The notes: generated by a model not told the origin, from the sequence alone. A stretch of DNA of 34,757 bases from a virus (IMGVR_UViG_2778261151_000006:1-34757); one strand, 5' to 3'. Numbered from the stretch's first letter, positions 18,781 to 28,378 are shown. Program-made: numbers and translations.

Positions 18781-19063
18781 GTGTATCGTTATCCCGCAGA
18801 ATGTTCAGAGCCTGACGCTCACTGTCGTGAAGTGGCCGTGCGTCTGACTGCGCCAGGATACTGGCGATGAGTTCATTGCGACGCTGCATGGCGGTTTCCA
18901 TCAGGCGGCGATGTCGCCAGGCATGTAATGCAGACAGAGAACCGAGTAACAACCCGGCAAGGGCGATTTTTTCACTGATGGTCATCACGCCTATTGTGGT
19001 GGCTGTGACTGATGCCCAGAAGGTGATCCAGTCACTCACCCGCTGAAAAAAACCTGTTACCAT
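18761..19063 (-). CDS. Holin, two transmembrane segments (pinholin-like)
   Basis: 100 aa from ATG 19061-19063; two hydrophobic helices then a charged C-terminus; immediately upstream of the SAR endolysin. Confidence 0.65.
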   Translation of the reverse strand: MVTGFFQRVSDWITFWASVTATTIGVMTISEKIALAGLLLGSLSALHAWRHRRLMETAMQRRNELIASILAQSDARPLHDSERQALNILRDNDTHDKAAR

Positions 19064-19254
19064 AGCTGTATCATCTCTCGTTGTTTTTTCTTCTCCGGCT
19101 CCGGCATTTCCACCTCCTGTCCGGCTTCCAGAAATACCTGTCGGCAGAGTCCGGGGTTGGCATCCAGCACCTTTTCGGTGACGCCCTGCGTCGTGCCGTA
19201 GTACCGGAAACAGAGCGAATCCACGGTGTCGCCTTCCAGTGCCTTCACTTTCAT
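19057..19254 (-). CDS. Tail protein X (P2 gpX-like)
   Basis: 65 aa starting MKVKALEGDTV; start overlaps the L stop (ATGA). Confidence 0.75.
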   Translation of the reverse strand: MKVKALEGDTVDSLCFRYYGTTQGVTEKVLDANPGLCRQVFLEAGQEVEMPEPEKKKQREMIQLW

Positions 19255-19757
19255 CAGCACAGCTCCGCAAAGATTCGCGGGCGGCACAGAATGTCAGAGA
19301 TGGCCCAGCTCACATCGCGCCACAAATCCGATGTCTGTATATCCAGTGCGTCCGCCCGGCGGTCGCCCTTGTCCGTTGTGTCCGCATCGCGGTAACGCTC
19401 CAGAATCAGGGCGCGTGTGGCGGTATAAACAGCATTGCGCCAGTGCCAGAGATTGACGCTTTCTCCGTTAATTACGGGTGCCGGAACATCGGCCAGCGTC
19501 TGATGGCCAGCCGCCTGCTGTTCCTGCTGCCATGCTTCCAGCTCGCGGGTAACGTGTGCCACGGCCCCGGTGGCGGTATGCAGCAGGCGGGAGGTGGTCA
19601 CGCGGCCCGGCAGTCGTACCGCCAGACGCAGCTCGCGCAGCACAATATCCGGCCAGAATGCACCCGCTGAAATACGGGTATCGCCATCTTCGGTGTCGGT
19701 GATGTCGTCCTCTGCGGGTCCGGGTTCAGTTCTGGCAACCATACTCATGGGGTTCAC
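19254..19757 (-). CDS. Head completion/stabilisation protein (P2 gpL-like)
   Basis: 167 aa; position between terminase small subunit and X. Confidence 0.8.
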   Translation of the reverse strand: MNPMSMVARTEPGPAEDDITDTEDGDTRISAGAFWPDIVLRELRLAVRLPGRVTTSRLLHTATGAVAHVTRELEAWQQEQQAAGHQTLADVPAPVINGESVNLWHWRNAVYTATRALILERYRDADTTDKGDRRADALDIQTSDLWRDVSWAISDILCRPRIFAELC

Positions 19758-19849
19758 TCCTGAAAAAATCGGGCGGTGGGTGCGCGGTGTAAACGGTCAC
19801 GGAGCCAAACCGGAACACCGCGCACGCCGCCCGCTGACGGGGTCAGTCG

Positions 19850-20650
19850 TTAACCGCGCTTCGCCTTCTGCGTCGCGGTGGTTTTTCGTGTAGCAGGCTT
19901 CCGCGTTGTCTTTTTACTTTCGCTGCTTTCGTCCTGCGCCTGCTGTGCGCTGGCGTCTTCTGGTGCGGCTGCGGAATCGGCTTTTTTCAGGGCGCGGGAA
20001 AGGGTTGCAATCTCGCGTTTCACACCTGCGTTCTGGTTCAGATGCATCGCTTCGCGCAGCAGCTTCAGTGATGAGGCCATGCTGTCCGCATCGCTCAGGC
20101 CACGGCGGGCAAAGGCGCACGCCTTGCATAATTTGGCGCGCACTTCGTCCGGCATATCCTGGTTGGCGACAATTTCCCAAAGTGTGTCCAGTGGTTCGAT
20201 AAAGACGGACAAATCCGCGTCGGCATCCGTCCCGGCCTGCGTCAGTACCGGATTGCAGATTTCTTCGGTCAGCACTGTGGCAGCAGTACGGCCAAAGTTA
20301 TCCGGCATGATGAGGTTGTGACGGACCGCATACGCACCAATACGCAGCGCAAGCGGAAGATCGCCGCAGTCAATCGCCCACACCATCAGCGTGGCAATCA
20401 CTTCGTCCTGTTGCCCGCCGTCAGCCTCCAGCGTTCCCTCAATCCAGCCGGAAAAGTCCGGCAACAACGCTTTTTTGATGTCGGCTTTCGCGCTTCTGGC
20501 CTGTACGCCCTTAAGCCGGGCCTGTGCCAGACGCAGACGATACAGCACCTCTTCATGCGCGGTACGCGCGGTGTGGTCCACACCTTCATTCGCCCGGCCT
20601 GCGCGCTGTGCCATCACGTTCTGCCAGTGTTGTTGTGCAGGAGTAATCAT
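19850..20650 (-). CDS. Terminase small (endonuclease) subunit (P2 gpM-like)
   Basis: 266 aa with GGAGAG SD; position after the capsid gene. Confidence 0.85.
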   Translation of the reverse strand: MITPAQQHWQNVMAQRAGRANEGVDHTARTAHEEVLYRLRLAQARLKGVQARSAKADIKKALLPDFSGWIEGTLEADGGQQDEVIATLMVWAIDCGDLPLALRIGAYAVRHNLIMPDNFGRTAATVLTEEICNPVLTQAGTDADADLSVFIEPLDTLWEIVANQDMPDEVRAKLCKACAFARRGLSDADSMASSLKLLREAMHLNQNAGVKREIATLSRALKKADSAAAPEDASAQQAQDESSESKKTTRKPATRKTTATQKAKRG

Positions 20651-20695
20651 TTTTTCTCTCCGTTACAGGCGGGCATGATGCCCGCCGTGAGTTGA

Positions 20696-21748
20696 TTAGC
20701 TGTCGGCGAACTTCAGGCCAGTGACCATCGCGCACTTGCCATAGTCTTCAACGACATAAGCGTCATTGATGGACTGGTAGGTGGCGATGCGGTTGTATTC
20801 CGGTTCGTCTTTCATCAGACGACGCATTGAACCTTTCTGCCAGTAAATCGACAGGTTGTTGAATGAGGTGATCAGCATCGTTGCATCCGGGAAGAACGGT
20901 GCAAGGAACACACCCAGCCCGCCAATGGTGCGCGATGACAGGATGAGCTGCCCGGCAAGTAATTCCGCATTGGGATTCTGGCCGCTGATGCTGTTCAGCA
21001 CTGGCAGACGCAGCGAGTTAAACAGGTTGCGCCCCATAATCACCACGAGGTCGTCAGCTTCCTTGTGCCATTCATCCAGCAGAGATGAGCGCGCGTCCTG
21101 TACCAGTGCATCAGGGTTCGCGTATTTACCCGCGTGCGCCACGGTGTTGTCCATGTTGCGGGAAGTCAGCGTCACGTCATTCATTACGCGCTCGCTGGCA
21201 TTGGTTCTGATGTGCTCCAGCCACCCCACGTTAACGTCCTGAAGCAGCTTGTTGGTGCTGAAGTTGGACTCATCCGCGTGAGATGTGCCGTTGAAACCGA
21301 TCATGATGCGGTCAAGTGCCACCTGTCGGGCAATCTGTGCGCTGATGCGGGACTGAAAATCAGGATGTGCCGCCCAGGCATCAAGCTGCGGATATGAAAT
21401 AAACGTGTCGTAGTTCACCTGTTCGCACTGGTATTTGCGGTTTTTCAGATCAACCACGTTATTCGGGTTACGGCGTTTTGTGCCGTCATAACTGGTATTC
21501 GTGCGTGCAATTGGCCCGGTGGTGTCCAGGAGGATTTTTTCGCCTTTCTGGTCGGTCACGCCGATCACGTTAATTCTTTTTGTAAATTCGGTGCTTTCCT
21601 TTGAGGCGTTTTCAAAACGCTGCTGCACCGAGGGTTCCACGGTAAATCGCGATACCAGCGCAGAAACCGGGATATTGTTAAGCGACGCCTGCTGCGCCAT
21701 ATAGCAACCCAGCTTGTTGCGGGTAATATCTGACATCACCAGATTCAT
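20696..21748 (-). CDS. Major capsid protein (P2 gpN-like)
   Basis: 350 aa; motifs FTVEPS, GFNG, LQDV-VGWL, DYVVEDY match P2 N as recalled; GGAG SD before ATG 21748. Confidence 0.9.
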   Translation of the reverse strand: MNLVMSDITRNKLGCYMAQQASLNNIPVSALVSRFTVEPSVQQRFENASKESTEFTKRINVIGVTDQKGEKILLDTTGPIARTNTSYDGTKRRNPNNVVDLKNRKYQCEQVNYDTFISYPQLDAWAAHPDFQSRISAQIARQVALDRIMIGFNGTSHADESNFSTNKLLQDVNVGWLEHIRTNASERVMNDVTLTSRNMDNTVAHAGKYANPDALVQDARSSLLDEWHKEADDLVVIMGRNLFNSLRLPVLNSISGQNPNAELLAGQLILSSRTIGGLGVFLAPFFPDATMLITSFNNLSIYWQKGSMRRLMKDEPEYNRIATYQSINDAYVVEDYGKCAMVTGLKFADS

Positions 21749-21770
21749 AAAAATTTGCTCCTTTGTCTTA

Positions 21771-22607
21771 TCAGAAGTCAGCCAGCTGGTCGGAGGGTGC
21801 GCCCGTTGCGGTGAACCTGTTCTGCGGATCGCCGTCCTGCGTGCGCAGTTTTTCCTTCAGTGCTGTCAGCTCTGTGGTCAGTGACGTAATTTTCTGGCGG
21901 TCCTGCTGATGGCGGGTTTCCAGCACATTAAAACGGTCGATAATGTCAGCCTGTGACGTTGCGACGCCTTCCACCGCTTCCTGAATACGGGAAAAACTGG
22001 CGTCATCCGCTTTGCGGCCACGGCCAATAATCCCCATTACGCGGTTAAACCACTGGGTGCCTTCTTCCTGGCGTTGTTCTGCCATTTCGATGATTTCAGA
22101 CTCGATGGCTTCGGAAATGAGCGGTGCTTCACCCTGGACACTGTTGAACGTCATCACCGCCTGACGCTGCTGTGCCGTGAATTTCAGGCGCTCAGTGCCC
22201 AGGCTTGCCGGGGTGTCGGTCATCGCCAGCCCGACCAGATAGGCGCGCCCGTTAACGGAGAACTGCGGGTGCAGTTCGATACTGGAATAGATTTTCTTGC
22301 CGTCCGCGACAAGCTGCTTCATGCGCTCGGTCGGTTCGATTTCTGCATACAGCGCAGTACGTCCGGCCAGCGGACCTTCCGTAATGTCTTCCGTACTCAG
22401 TGCGGTGACATCGCCCATTGCGGAAAATTCGCTTGACGGGCATGGCGAGAGATAGTGCTCAACGTTCACGCGGGCAGCGTAAACATCCGGGTTGAAGTTC
22501 TCGGCAGCTTCACGCAGATGTACCGGACTGATTTCGCGTCCATCAACAGTTGATCCGGAGACAGCCACGCGAAACTTTTTGCGGGATGTCTTTTTTTCAT
22601 TAGCCAT
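21771..22607 (-). CDS. Capsid scaffold protein (P2 gpO-like)
   Basis: 278 aa from ATG 22605-22607 (GAGGGG SD); N-terminal KKFRVAVSG-TVDGR-IS pattern as in P2 O. Confidence 0.85.
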   Translation of the reverse strand: MANEKKTSRKKFRVAVSGSTVDGREISPVHLREAAENFNPDVYAARVNVEHYLSPCPSSEFSAMGDVTALSTEDITEGPLAGRTALYAEIEPTERMKQLVADGKKIYSSIELHPQFSVNGRAYLVGLAMTDTPASLGTERLKFTAQQRQAVMTFNSVQGEAPLISEAIESEIIEMAEQRQEEGTQWFNRVMGIIGRGRKADDASFSRIQEAVEGVATSQADIIDRFNVLETRHQQDRQKITSLTTELTALKEKLRTQDGDPQNRFTATGAPSDQLADF

Positions 22608-22761
22608 AGTTTTTGCCCCTCTGACTGGTTCTTCAGTCATGATGGCAAAGCGTAACAGGCTGATACAAAGGGCTTTTGTTGTAAGAAAACGGCCAGAACA
22701 GGGGGTTAAGGAGAACGGTTTCGCGCGCGGGTAATCTTCCTGTAATTACTCAGGGGGAGCA
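22608..22761. promoter_or_regulatory. Divergent late promoter region between O and P operons (presumed)
   Basis: 154-bp gap between divergent capsid and terminase operons; no motif verified. Confidence 0.35.
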
Positions 22762-24513
22762 ATGATTCAGGACGCTTTTGTGCGCCAGCGTGCGCGGCAA
22801 CTTTACTGGCAGGGTTATCCACCCGCAGAAATATCACGTCTGATGGGAATAAACCCGAACACGATTTATGCGTGGAAAAAACGCGACCAGTGGGATGAAA
22901 CGCCACCCGTGCAGCGTGTCACGCAGTCCATCGATGCGCGCCTCATCCAGCTTACTGAAAAACAGAATAAAACAGGCGGTGACTTTAAGGAAATAGACCT
23001 GCTGACCCGGCAGCTTAAAAAACTGCATGATGGCCAGCCGGATGCGACGGCCACAGGAAAGAAAGGCCGGGCGAAAAAACTCAAAAATCATTTCACGCCG
23101 GAGCAGATTGCCGCACTGCGGGAAAAAATCATCAGCAGGCTGGAGTGGCATCAGCGGGGCTGGTTTGACTCCCTGACCCTTTGCAGTGAAGCCGGGATAC
23201 GTAACAGGATGATCCTGAAATCCCGACAGATTGGGGCGACCTGGTATTTTGCACGGGAAGCACTGCTGATGGCGCTGCGTGACGATGTGGCACAACCTTA
23301 CCAGCGTAACCAGATTTTTTTGTCTGCGTCGCGTCGTCAGGCGTTCCAGTTTAAAAGCATTATTCAGAAGGCCGCGGCTGAAGTTGATGTGGAGCTGAAA
23401 GGGGGCGATAAAATCATCCTCTCCAACGGCGCAGAACTGCATTTTCTCGGTACTTCTGCTGCGACGGCACAGTCCTACACAGGCAATTTTTATTTTGATG
23501 AATTTTTCTGGGTCAGTCGCTTTGCTGAACTGCGCAAGGTGGCTGGCGCTATGGCAACCCTCAGCGGGCTGCGACGCACCTACTTCTCCACGCCATCCAC
23601 CGAAACGCACGAGGCATACGTCTACTGGAACGGCGACCGCTGGAACGAGAAAAAGGCCGCGCATAAACGCCAGCGTTTTTCTGTGGACTGGAAAACGCTG
23701 CATAACGGGCTTATCTGCCCCGACCGGACGTGGCGGCAAATTGTCACGCTGGAAGATGTGGTTAATCACGGCTGGAAACACACCGATATTGATGAAATTC
23801 GTGATGAAAACACCGAAGACGAGTTCCGCAATCTCTATATGTGTGAGTTTGTCCGCGAAGGGGAATCGGCATTTAACCTGAATATCCTGATTGGCTGCGG
23901 TGTTGATGGATACGACGACTGGAAAGACTGGAAACCTTTTGCTCCCCGCCCGATGGGGAATCGTCCGGTATGGATTGGGTATGACGCAAACGGCAGCAGT
24001 GGAAACGGCGACAGCGGCGCTGTGTCCGTGGTGGTTCCTCCGGCTGTTCCTGGTGGCCGTTTTCGAACGGTGGAGACGCGACGCGTTCAGGGGCTGGAGT
24101 TTGAAGAACAGGCCAGAGTCATTGAAGAGTTCACGTGTCGCTACAACGTGGAACACATCGGCATTGATGCGACTGGCGGGCACGGGGATGCCGTTTATCA
24201 GATAGTGAAACGGTTTTTCCCTGCTGCTATTCCGTACACCTTCACGCTGTCATCAAAACGGTCGCTGGTACTGAAAATGCTGCAAATAATGCGTGCCGGG
24301 CGGTGGGAATACGATCGCGCCGAACGCGAGCTGGTCGCGGCCTTTAACGCCGTGCGTAAGGTGAAAACACCGGGCGGCTTTATCACTTACGAAACGGACC
24401 GCGCGAGGGGGATCAGCCACGGCGACCTTGCGTGGGCAACCATGCTTGCTGTCATTAATGAACCGATTGGCGGCGAAGGAGAAAACGAGCGTTTCACGGT
24501 TATGGAGTTCTGA
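22762..24513 (+). CDS. Terminase large (ATPase) subunit (P2 gpP-like)
   Basis: 583 aa, N-terminal RQLYWQGY region, central ATPase and C-terminal nuclease-like part; GGGGGA SD. Confidence 0.9.
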   Translation: MIQDAFVRQRARQLYWQGYPPAEISRLMGINPNTIYAWKKRDQWDETPPVQRVTQSIDARLIQLTEKQNKTGGDFKEIDLLTRQLKKLHDGQPDATATGKKGRAKKLKNHFTPEQIAALREKIISRLEWHQRGWFDSLTLCSEAGIRNRMILKSRQIGATWYFAREALLMALRDDVAQPYQRNQIFLSASRRQAFQFKSIIQKAAAEVDVELKGGDKIILSNGAELHFLGTSAATAQSYTGNFYFDEFFWVSRFAELRKVAGAMATLSGLRRTYFSTPSTETHEAYVYWNGDRWNEKKAAHKRQRFSVDWKTLHNGLICPDRTWRQIVTLEDVVNHGWKHTDIDEIRDENTEDEFRNLYMCEFVREGESAFNLNILIGCGVDGYDDWKDWKPFAPRPMGNRPVWIGYDANGSSGNGDSGAVSVVVPPAVPGGRFRTVETRRVQGLEFEEQARVIEEFTCRYNVEHIGIDATGGHGDAVYQIVKRFFPAAIPYTFTLSSKRSLVLKMLQIMRAGRWEYDRAERELVAAFNAVRKVKTPGGFITYETDRARGISHGDLAWATMLAVINEPIGGEGENERFTVMEF

Positions 24514-25559
24514 TGAGCAGAAAAAATAAAAAAGTGCGCATGAGTTCACGCATTGATCTCGCTGATGCGCTCAGGAAAGAATCATCGCTCAGTGCATTCA
24601 CATTTGATGGTCCTTATCGCCTGACCGGGCATGACCTGCTGGACAATATGTACTGTGCTGATAACGGGCGGTGGTATGAAACCCCGGTGGACTGGTACGG
24701 TCTGGCAAGAGCTGCCCGGCAAACGTCCTGGCATCAGTCTGCGCTTTACTTTAAGCGCAATGTATTGCTCGGCTGCTATATTCCGCACCCGCTGCTTTCC
24801 CGGCAGGATTTCTCGGCGCTGGCGCTGGACTGGTTTGTGTTCGGTAACGCATTCCTTGAGCTTCGGAGCAATATGCTCGGCGAACCGCTTAAATTACGGC
24901 ACGCCCTGGCGAAATACATGCGACGCGGAAGCGATCTTGAATCATGGTGGTATGTGCAGGATGGCAAGGATGCGTTTCAGTTTCGTCCTGGCAAAGTGTG
25001 CCACCTGATGAATCCGGATATTAACCAGGAAATCTACGGCATGCCGGAATATCTTGGCGCATTACTCTCGGCCAGCCTTTCTCATTCGGCGGACATGTTC
25101 AGAAAACTGTACTACGACAACGGATCCCACGCCGGGTGCATCATCTACATCGGTGCAGCGCAGGTAAACCGCGAAAGCATGGACTCCCTGAAAGAAACGC
25201 TACAGGGGGCACGTGGTGGTGGTGCGTTTAAAAACGTGCTCATTCATGCGCCCAACGGGGGCAAAGAGGGGGTGCAAATTTTGCCGTTCCAGCAGATCAC
25301 CGCAAAGGATGAGTTCATGAATGTTAAGGCGGCATCCCGTGATGATGTGCTGGCTGCGCACCGCGTTCCGCCGCAACTGATGGGGGCGATGCCGGGCGAA
25401 AAAAGTGCGTTTGGTGATGTGGAGAAGGCCGCGCGGGTTTACGCAATTAACGAGCTGATGCCCGTCATGGAGGCCATGAAGCACATCAATGACTGGCTTG
25501 GCGAAGAGGTGATCCGCTTTAACCCTTACGCACTGTTAGACACCCAGCCCACATCCTGA
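24513..25559 (+). CDS. Portal protein (P2 gpQ-like)
   Basis: 348 aa; start overlaps terminase stop (TGATG); size and position. Confidence 0.9.
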   Translation: MSRKNKKVRMSSRIDLADALRKESSLSAFTFDGPYRLTGHDLLDNMYCADNGRWYETPVDWYGLARAARQTSWHQSALYFKRNVLLGCYIPHPLLSRQDFSALALDWFVFGNAFLELRSNMLGEPLKLRHALAKYMRRGSDLESWWYVQDGKDAFQFRPGKVCHLMNPDINQEIYGMPEYLGALLSASLSHSADMFRKLYYDNGSHAGCIIYIGAAQVNRESMDSLKETLQGARGGGAFKNVLIHAPNGGKEGVQILPFQQITAKDEFMNVKAASRDDVLAAHRVPPQLMGAMPGEKSAFGDVEKAARVYAINELMPVMEAMKHINDWLGEEVIRFNPYALLDTQPTS

Positions 25560-26034
25560 CGCGCTTCGCTTGTCTGCTGCTTCGCCGGGGCATAAAAAAT
25601 TTATGCCCCGACTCTCCAGCTCCTGTATCAGTCAGATAATTTCACGACGCTTTCCTGCTGATTGCCATCATCGACAGTCAGACTCTTACGCAATCCCACC
25701 TCGTTGACTGCATATTCTCGCCGTCTCAGTGCGATTTTGACGGCCTTACCTTTCACCCCATCAAATCAAAAGCCCTCACGTCTTTTTCACGCTCAGCGTG
25801 AGAAATACAGCCATTCTGTTGTATCTCTGCGACATCGTTCAGGGAATGCTATTTACCCCCTGAAACGCGGGCTGTTCCCCCGTCACCTGCGCGCAGAAAA
25901 AACGCGTTTTTTTGTGCATGCACGGATCCTTGACGGATCCAGCCGCCACGCGGGCCGGAAGGGCAAAAAGTCGTTCAAAAAAATTGTGCAAATTTGTGCA
26001 CTATTGTGCATTTATAAAATCAACTAAAAAACAC
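25560..26034. other. Non-coding cos-proximal region (predicted packaging site region)
   Basis: 475 bp without credible ORF between portal gene and accessory genes; contains the palindromes ggggcataaaaaatttatgcccc, a6cgcgt6 and ggatccttgacggatcc; exact cos ends not identified. Confidence 0.4.
25984..26010. repeat. Three TTGTGCA direct repeats phased at 10-bp intervals
   Basis: ttgtgca at 25984, 25994 and 26004; helical phasing suggests a protein-binding array. Confidence 0.5.
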
Positions 26035-26050
26035 CTAGTGTGACTTACCT

Positions 26051-26236
26051 CTACCACTCGATCGGCACGTAGTCATTAAGTTCCGGAGACCAATTGCACT
26101 TTTCACATCTGTGTTTTCCATTCTGGCAGATACATAAACGATAACGGCCACAATGCGGGCACCCATTTTCACCATTATCATAATCACCGAGCGACCATTC
26201 CTGCATAAGCAGCTCTTCTTCATCATCATTTAGCAT
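26051..26236 (-). CDS. Hypothetical small zinc-ribbon protein (61 aa)
   Basis: CPHCGRYRLCICQNGKHRCEKC cysteine pattern; acidic N-terminus; last gene of the cos-proximal accessory operon. Confidence 0.5.
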   Translation of the reverse strand: MLNDDEEELLMQEWSLGDYDNGENGCPHCGRYRLCICQNGKHRCEKCNWSPELNDYVPIEW

Positions 26237-26250
26237 TAATCCCCCTTGAG

Positions 26251-26490
26251 CTATTTACTCTTCTCGGCCCTCAAAATCATACGAGAACCATCATCCAGCT
26301 CCCAATTAATTTCACCGCCTTCTGCCATGACTAGATGCCAAACGAGTTGAGCGGCCTCGTTGGTTACATCGCGACCGCGATCATTTCCTACGCGGCGTTT
26401 TGTTCCGTCTCCTAAGTCACGCATTTTTGCCAATACGATGGTTTTTGATAGCGGTGAAAAACCAAGCTGTAGTCGTGCTGAATTACTCAC
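26251..26490 (-). CDS. Hypothetical protein (79 aa)
   Basis: ORF whose start overlaps the upstream stop by 4 nt (ATGA); no family recognised. Confidence 0.5.
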   Translation of the reverse strand: MSNSARLQLGFSPLSKTIVLAKMRDLGDGTKRRVGNDRGRDVTNEAAQLVWHLVMAEGGEINWELDDGSRMILRAEKSK

Positions 26491-27011
26491 TGGCTGCCCC
26501 CTTTGTACTGTGTTAACTCTTCCTGCTCCTGCATCATGCGATTGACCTGAACGCGTGTGCGTCGAACGGCAAAATTAAATTGAAACATGAGCCGGAACAT
26601 TTCTGATGCTTCCGTGTGAGCATCACGGATAGGTGACAGGCGGTACAGTTCTGCCTCCGTAGCTTGTTGAATCAATGACAGATCAAATTGAAGTGCGGGT
26701 CTGGTACATTTTGCACATCTGGCAGCAAGCTCCGGTATTAGTCTCTTAACGAAGGTGTTTTGCACCGCTTTGTTGATTTGTGTCTGCATCCAAATCGCAA
26801 ATTTCAGCGAACGCATAAGTTTGATAGCCTCGGGCAGCGGCAGATAGATCATGCTGGTAGATTTGGGTGGTTGGTGAACCATCTTCACGGATACGCGATT
26901 TCGCAGCGTTCGGAAAATCGTGTTCCCAACAACAGCTTCTACGGATACAGGACAGGGAGCCAGACCAGCCCGCAGTGCTTCTTTCATTAGCATGTATTCG
27001 TATTTTTTCAT
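26487..27011 (-). CDS. Hypothetical protein (174 aa)
   Basis: ORF with GAGGAAAA SD; no family recognised. Confidence 0.55.
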   Translation of the reverse strand: MKKYEYMLMKEALRAGLAPCPVSVEAVVGNTIFRTLRNRVSVKMVHQPPKSTSMIYLPLPEAIKLMRSLKFAIWMQTQINKAVQNTFVKRLIPELAARCAKCTRPALQFDLSLIQQATEAELYRLSPIRDAHTEASEMFRLMFQFNFAVRRTRVQVNRMMQEQEELTQYKGGSQ

Positions 27012-27071
27012 CGTGTTTTCCTCGTGCGGGGCGACAGTGCACCCCGATAAAATTAAAAGCCGTCAAATTCG

Positions 27072-27383
27072 TCATTCAGGAAATAATGCCCGGATATTCC
27101 CTGCTATCTGACTGGTTATCTGTGCGGTTGGTACTGGCTGTGGCACGGGGCGTTCTGTCCTGGTTTGTGTCACCGATAACGCCTCATCGTCAGCCCATGC
27201 AGCCAGTCGGTAAGCCTCTGCTGGATTCATTTTCAGAAGTGCCAGCCCGGCCAGAAAAGCCACGCGTTGGCCGCTTTTGCGGGCTTCTGGTGTAAGGCTG
27301 CCCAGCAAGGCGCATGCTTCGCTTTCGTTCTTGACGGCCGCAGGCTTCAGATAGAAACTTATCCGTCTGGTTGGTGTCGTCAT
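27072..27383 (-). CDS. parR: ParR-like centromere-binding protein (type II partition)
   Basis: 103 aa from ATG 27381-27383, 4 nt after parM stop with AAGGAG SD; segments RRISFYLKP, AFLAGLAL, IRALFPE resemble plasmid R1 ParR as recalled. Confidence 0.65.
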   Translation of the reverse strand: MTTPTRRISFYLKPAAVKNESEACALLGSLTPEARKSGQRVAFLAGLALLKMNPAEAYRLAAWADDEALSVTQTRTERPVPQPVPTAQITSQIAGNIRALFPE

Positions 27384-27387
27384 TGGT

Positions 27388-28347
27388 TTACTCCTTGTCC
27401 ATTGCGTACAGCCCATTAACCAGAGCAAACTGTGGCACCCCGTCCGCGATGAAAGTCGCATTAACTCCGCAGGCTTCGCGGATAGCGGGTGCCACAATCT
27501 CCGCCCCTCCACCGACAACCATCACCCGCCCGTAACCCGAAAAACCCGCCAGCGCGCGGATCACGCGTTGTTTCAGTGTTTCTTCCTTTTCACGAATAAC
27601 CGCCATCAGGCTGGCGTAATGCGCGTCATTGTGGATGTGCTGGCGCAGCCAGGCTTCATCATGGCGATGTTCGATAATGGTATTGGCGATGTGGTGACTG
27701 GTGCGCATACCGTTAGTGGCCATCACCGACAGTACGGCATCGGCCATCAGAGAAACGCCTACGTGTGGATCGCAAAACACCTGGCTGATACCTGCCAGTT
27801 GCCCCTGAACCTTTGCCACATCCAGCGTGGTTCCGCCCAAATCCACAATCAGCAGGGATTCAAACGGACTCATGTCAGCCAGTGCCTTAAAGCCAGCCGG
27901 AATGGATTCAGGCATAACCCGCACGTTACGGATAGTGAATGCTTCGCCGTTCTGGTACTCCACCGGGCGCATAACGTTCGCTTTTTTGCGGTTGATGTTG
28001 GCCATGTCCGGCTGTGCGTTTGTGTCGAAATACTCGCTCAGTGGCAGGGTGACAACCACATCCACCTCCTGTGGCGTGATGCCTGATTTGACCAGCGCGT
28101 GATGAATGGCAATGACATTTACATCGCTGTATTGGTATTGCGTGTCGGTTGTCTGGACAAAGCGATCGCTGACCGGATCAAAACCATAGCGCACGCCATC
28201 AAGCATGTAGTTCGCGGGCTGCATGCCACCGAACGGCGCAGACCATTCCGACTTGAAGCTGTTCGGGCTGATGGCGTTGCGGCGTTCGCCGTTCTCAGTC
28301 CATGCCAGCTTGATGTTGGTGGAGCCGTCGTCGATACAAATTTTCAT
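27388..28347 (-). CDS. parM: ParM/StbA-like actin-family segregation ATPase
   Basis: 319 aa; N-terminus MKICIDDGSTNIKLAW and motifs YSDVNV-AIHHAL, VDLGGTTLDV, GVSL, VVGGGAE match R1 ParM as recalled. Confidence 0.85.
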   Translation of the reverse strand: MKICIDDGSTNIKLAWTENGERRNAISPNSFKSEWSAPFGGMQPANYMLDGVRYGFDPVSDRFVQTTDTQYQYSDVNVIAIHHALVKSGITPQEVDVVVTLPLSEYFDTNAQPDMANINRKKANVMRPVEYQNGEAFTIRNVRVMPESIPAGFKALADMSPFESLLIVDLGGTTLDVAKVQGQLAGISQVFCDPHVGVSLMADAVLSVMATNGMRTSHHIANTIIEHRHDEAWLRQHIHNDAHYASLMAVIREKEETLKQRVIRALAGFSGYGRVMVVGGGAEIVAPAIREACGVNATFIADGVPQFALVNGLYAMDKE

Positions 28348-28378
28348 GTCGCTTTTCCTTATGTTGATTAATTAATCG

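Noticed and set aside
22834-24183. 449-aa minus-strand ORF inside the terminase large subunit gene
   Set aside because: Antisense to a strongly supported gene; spurious.
25662-26027. 121-aa plus-strand ORF in the cos region
   Set aside because: No ribosome-binding site, runs through palindromes and repeats in the expected packaging-site region; likely non-coding.
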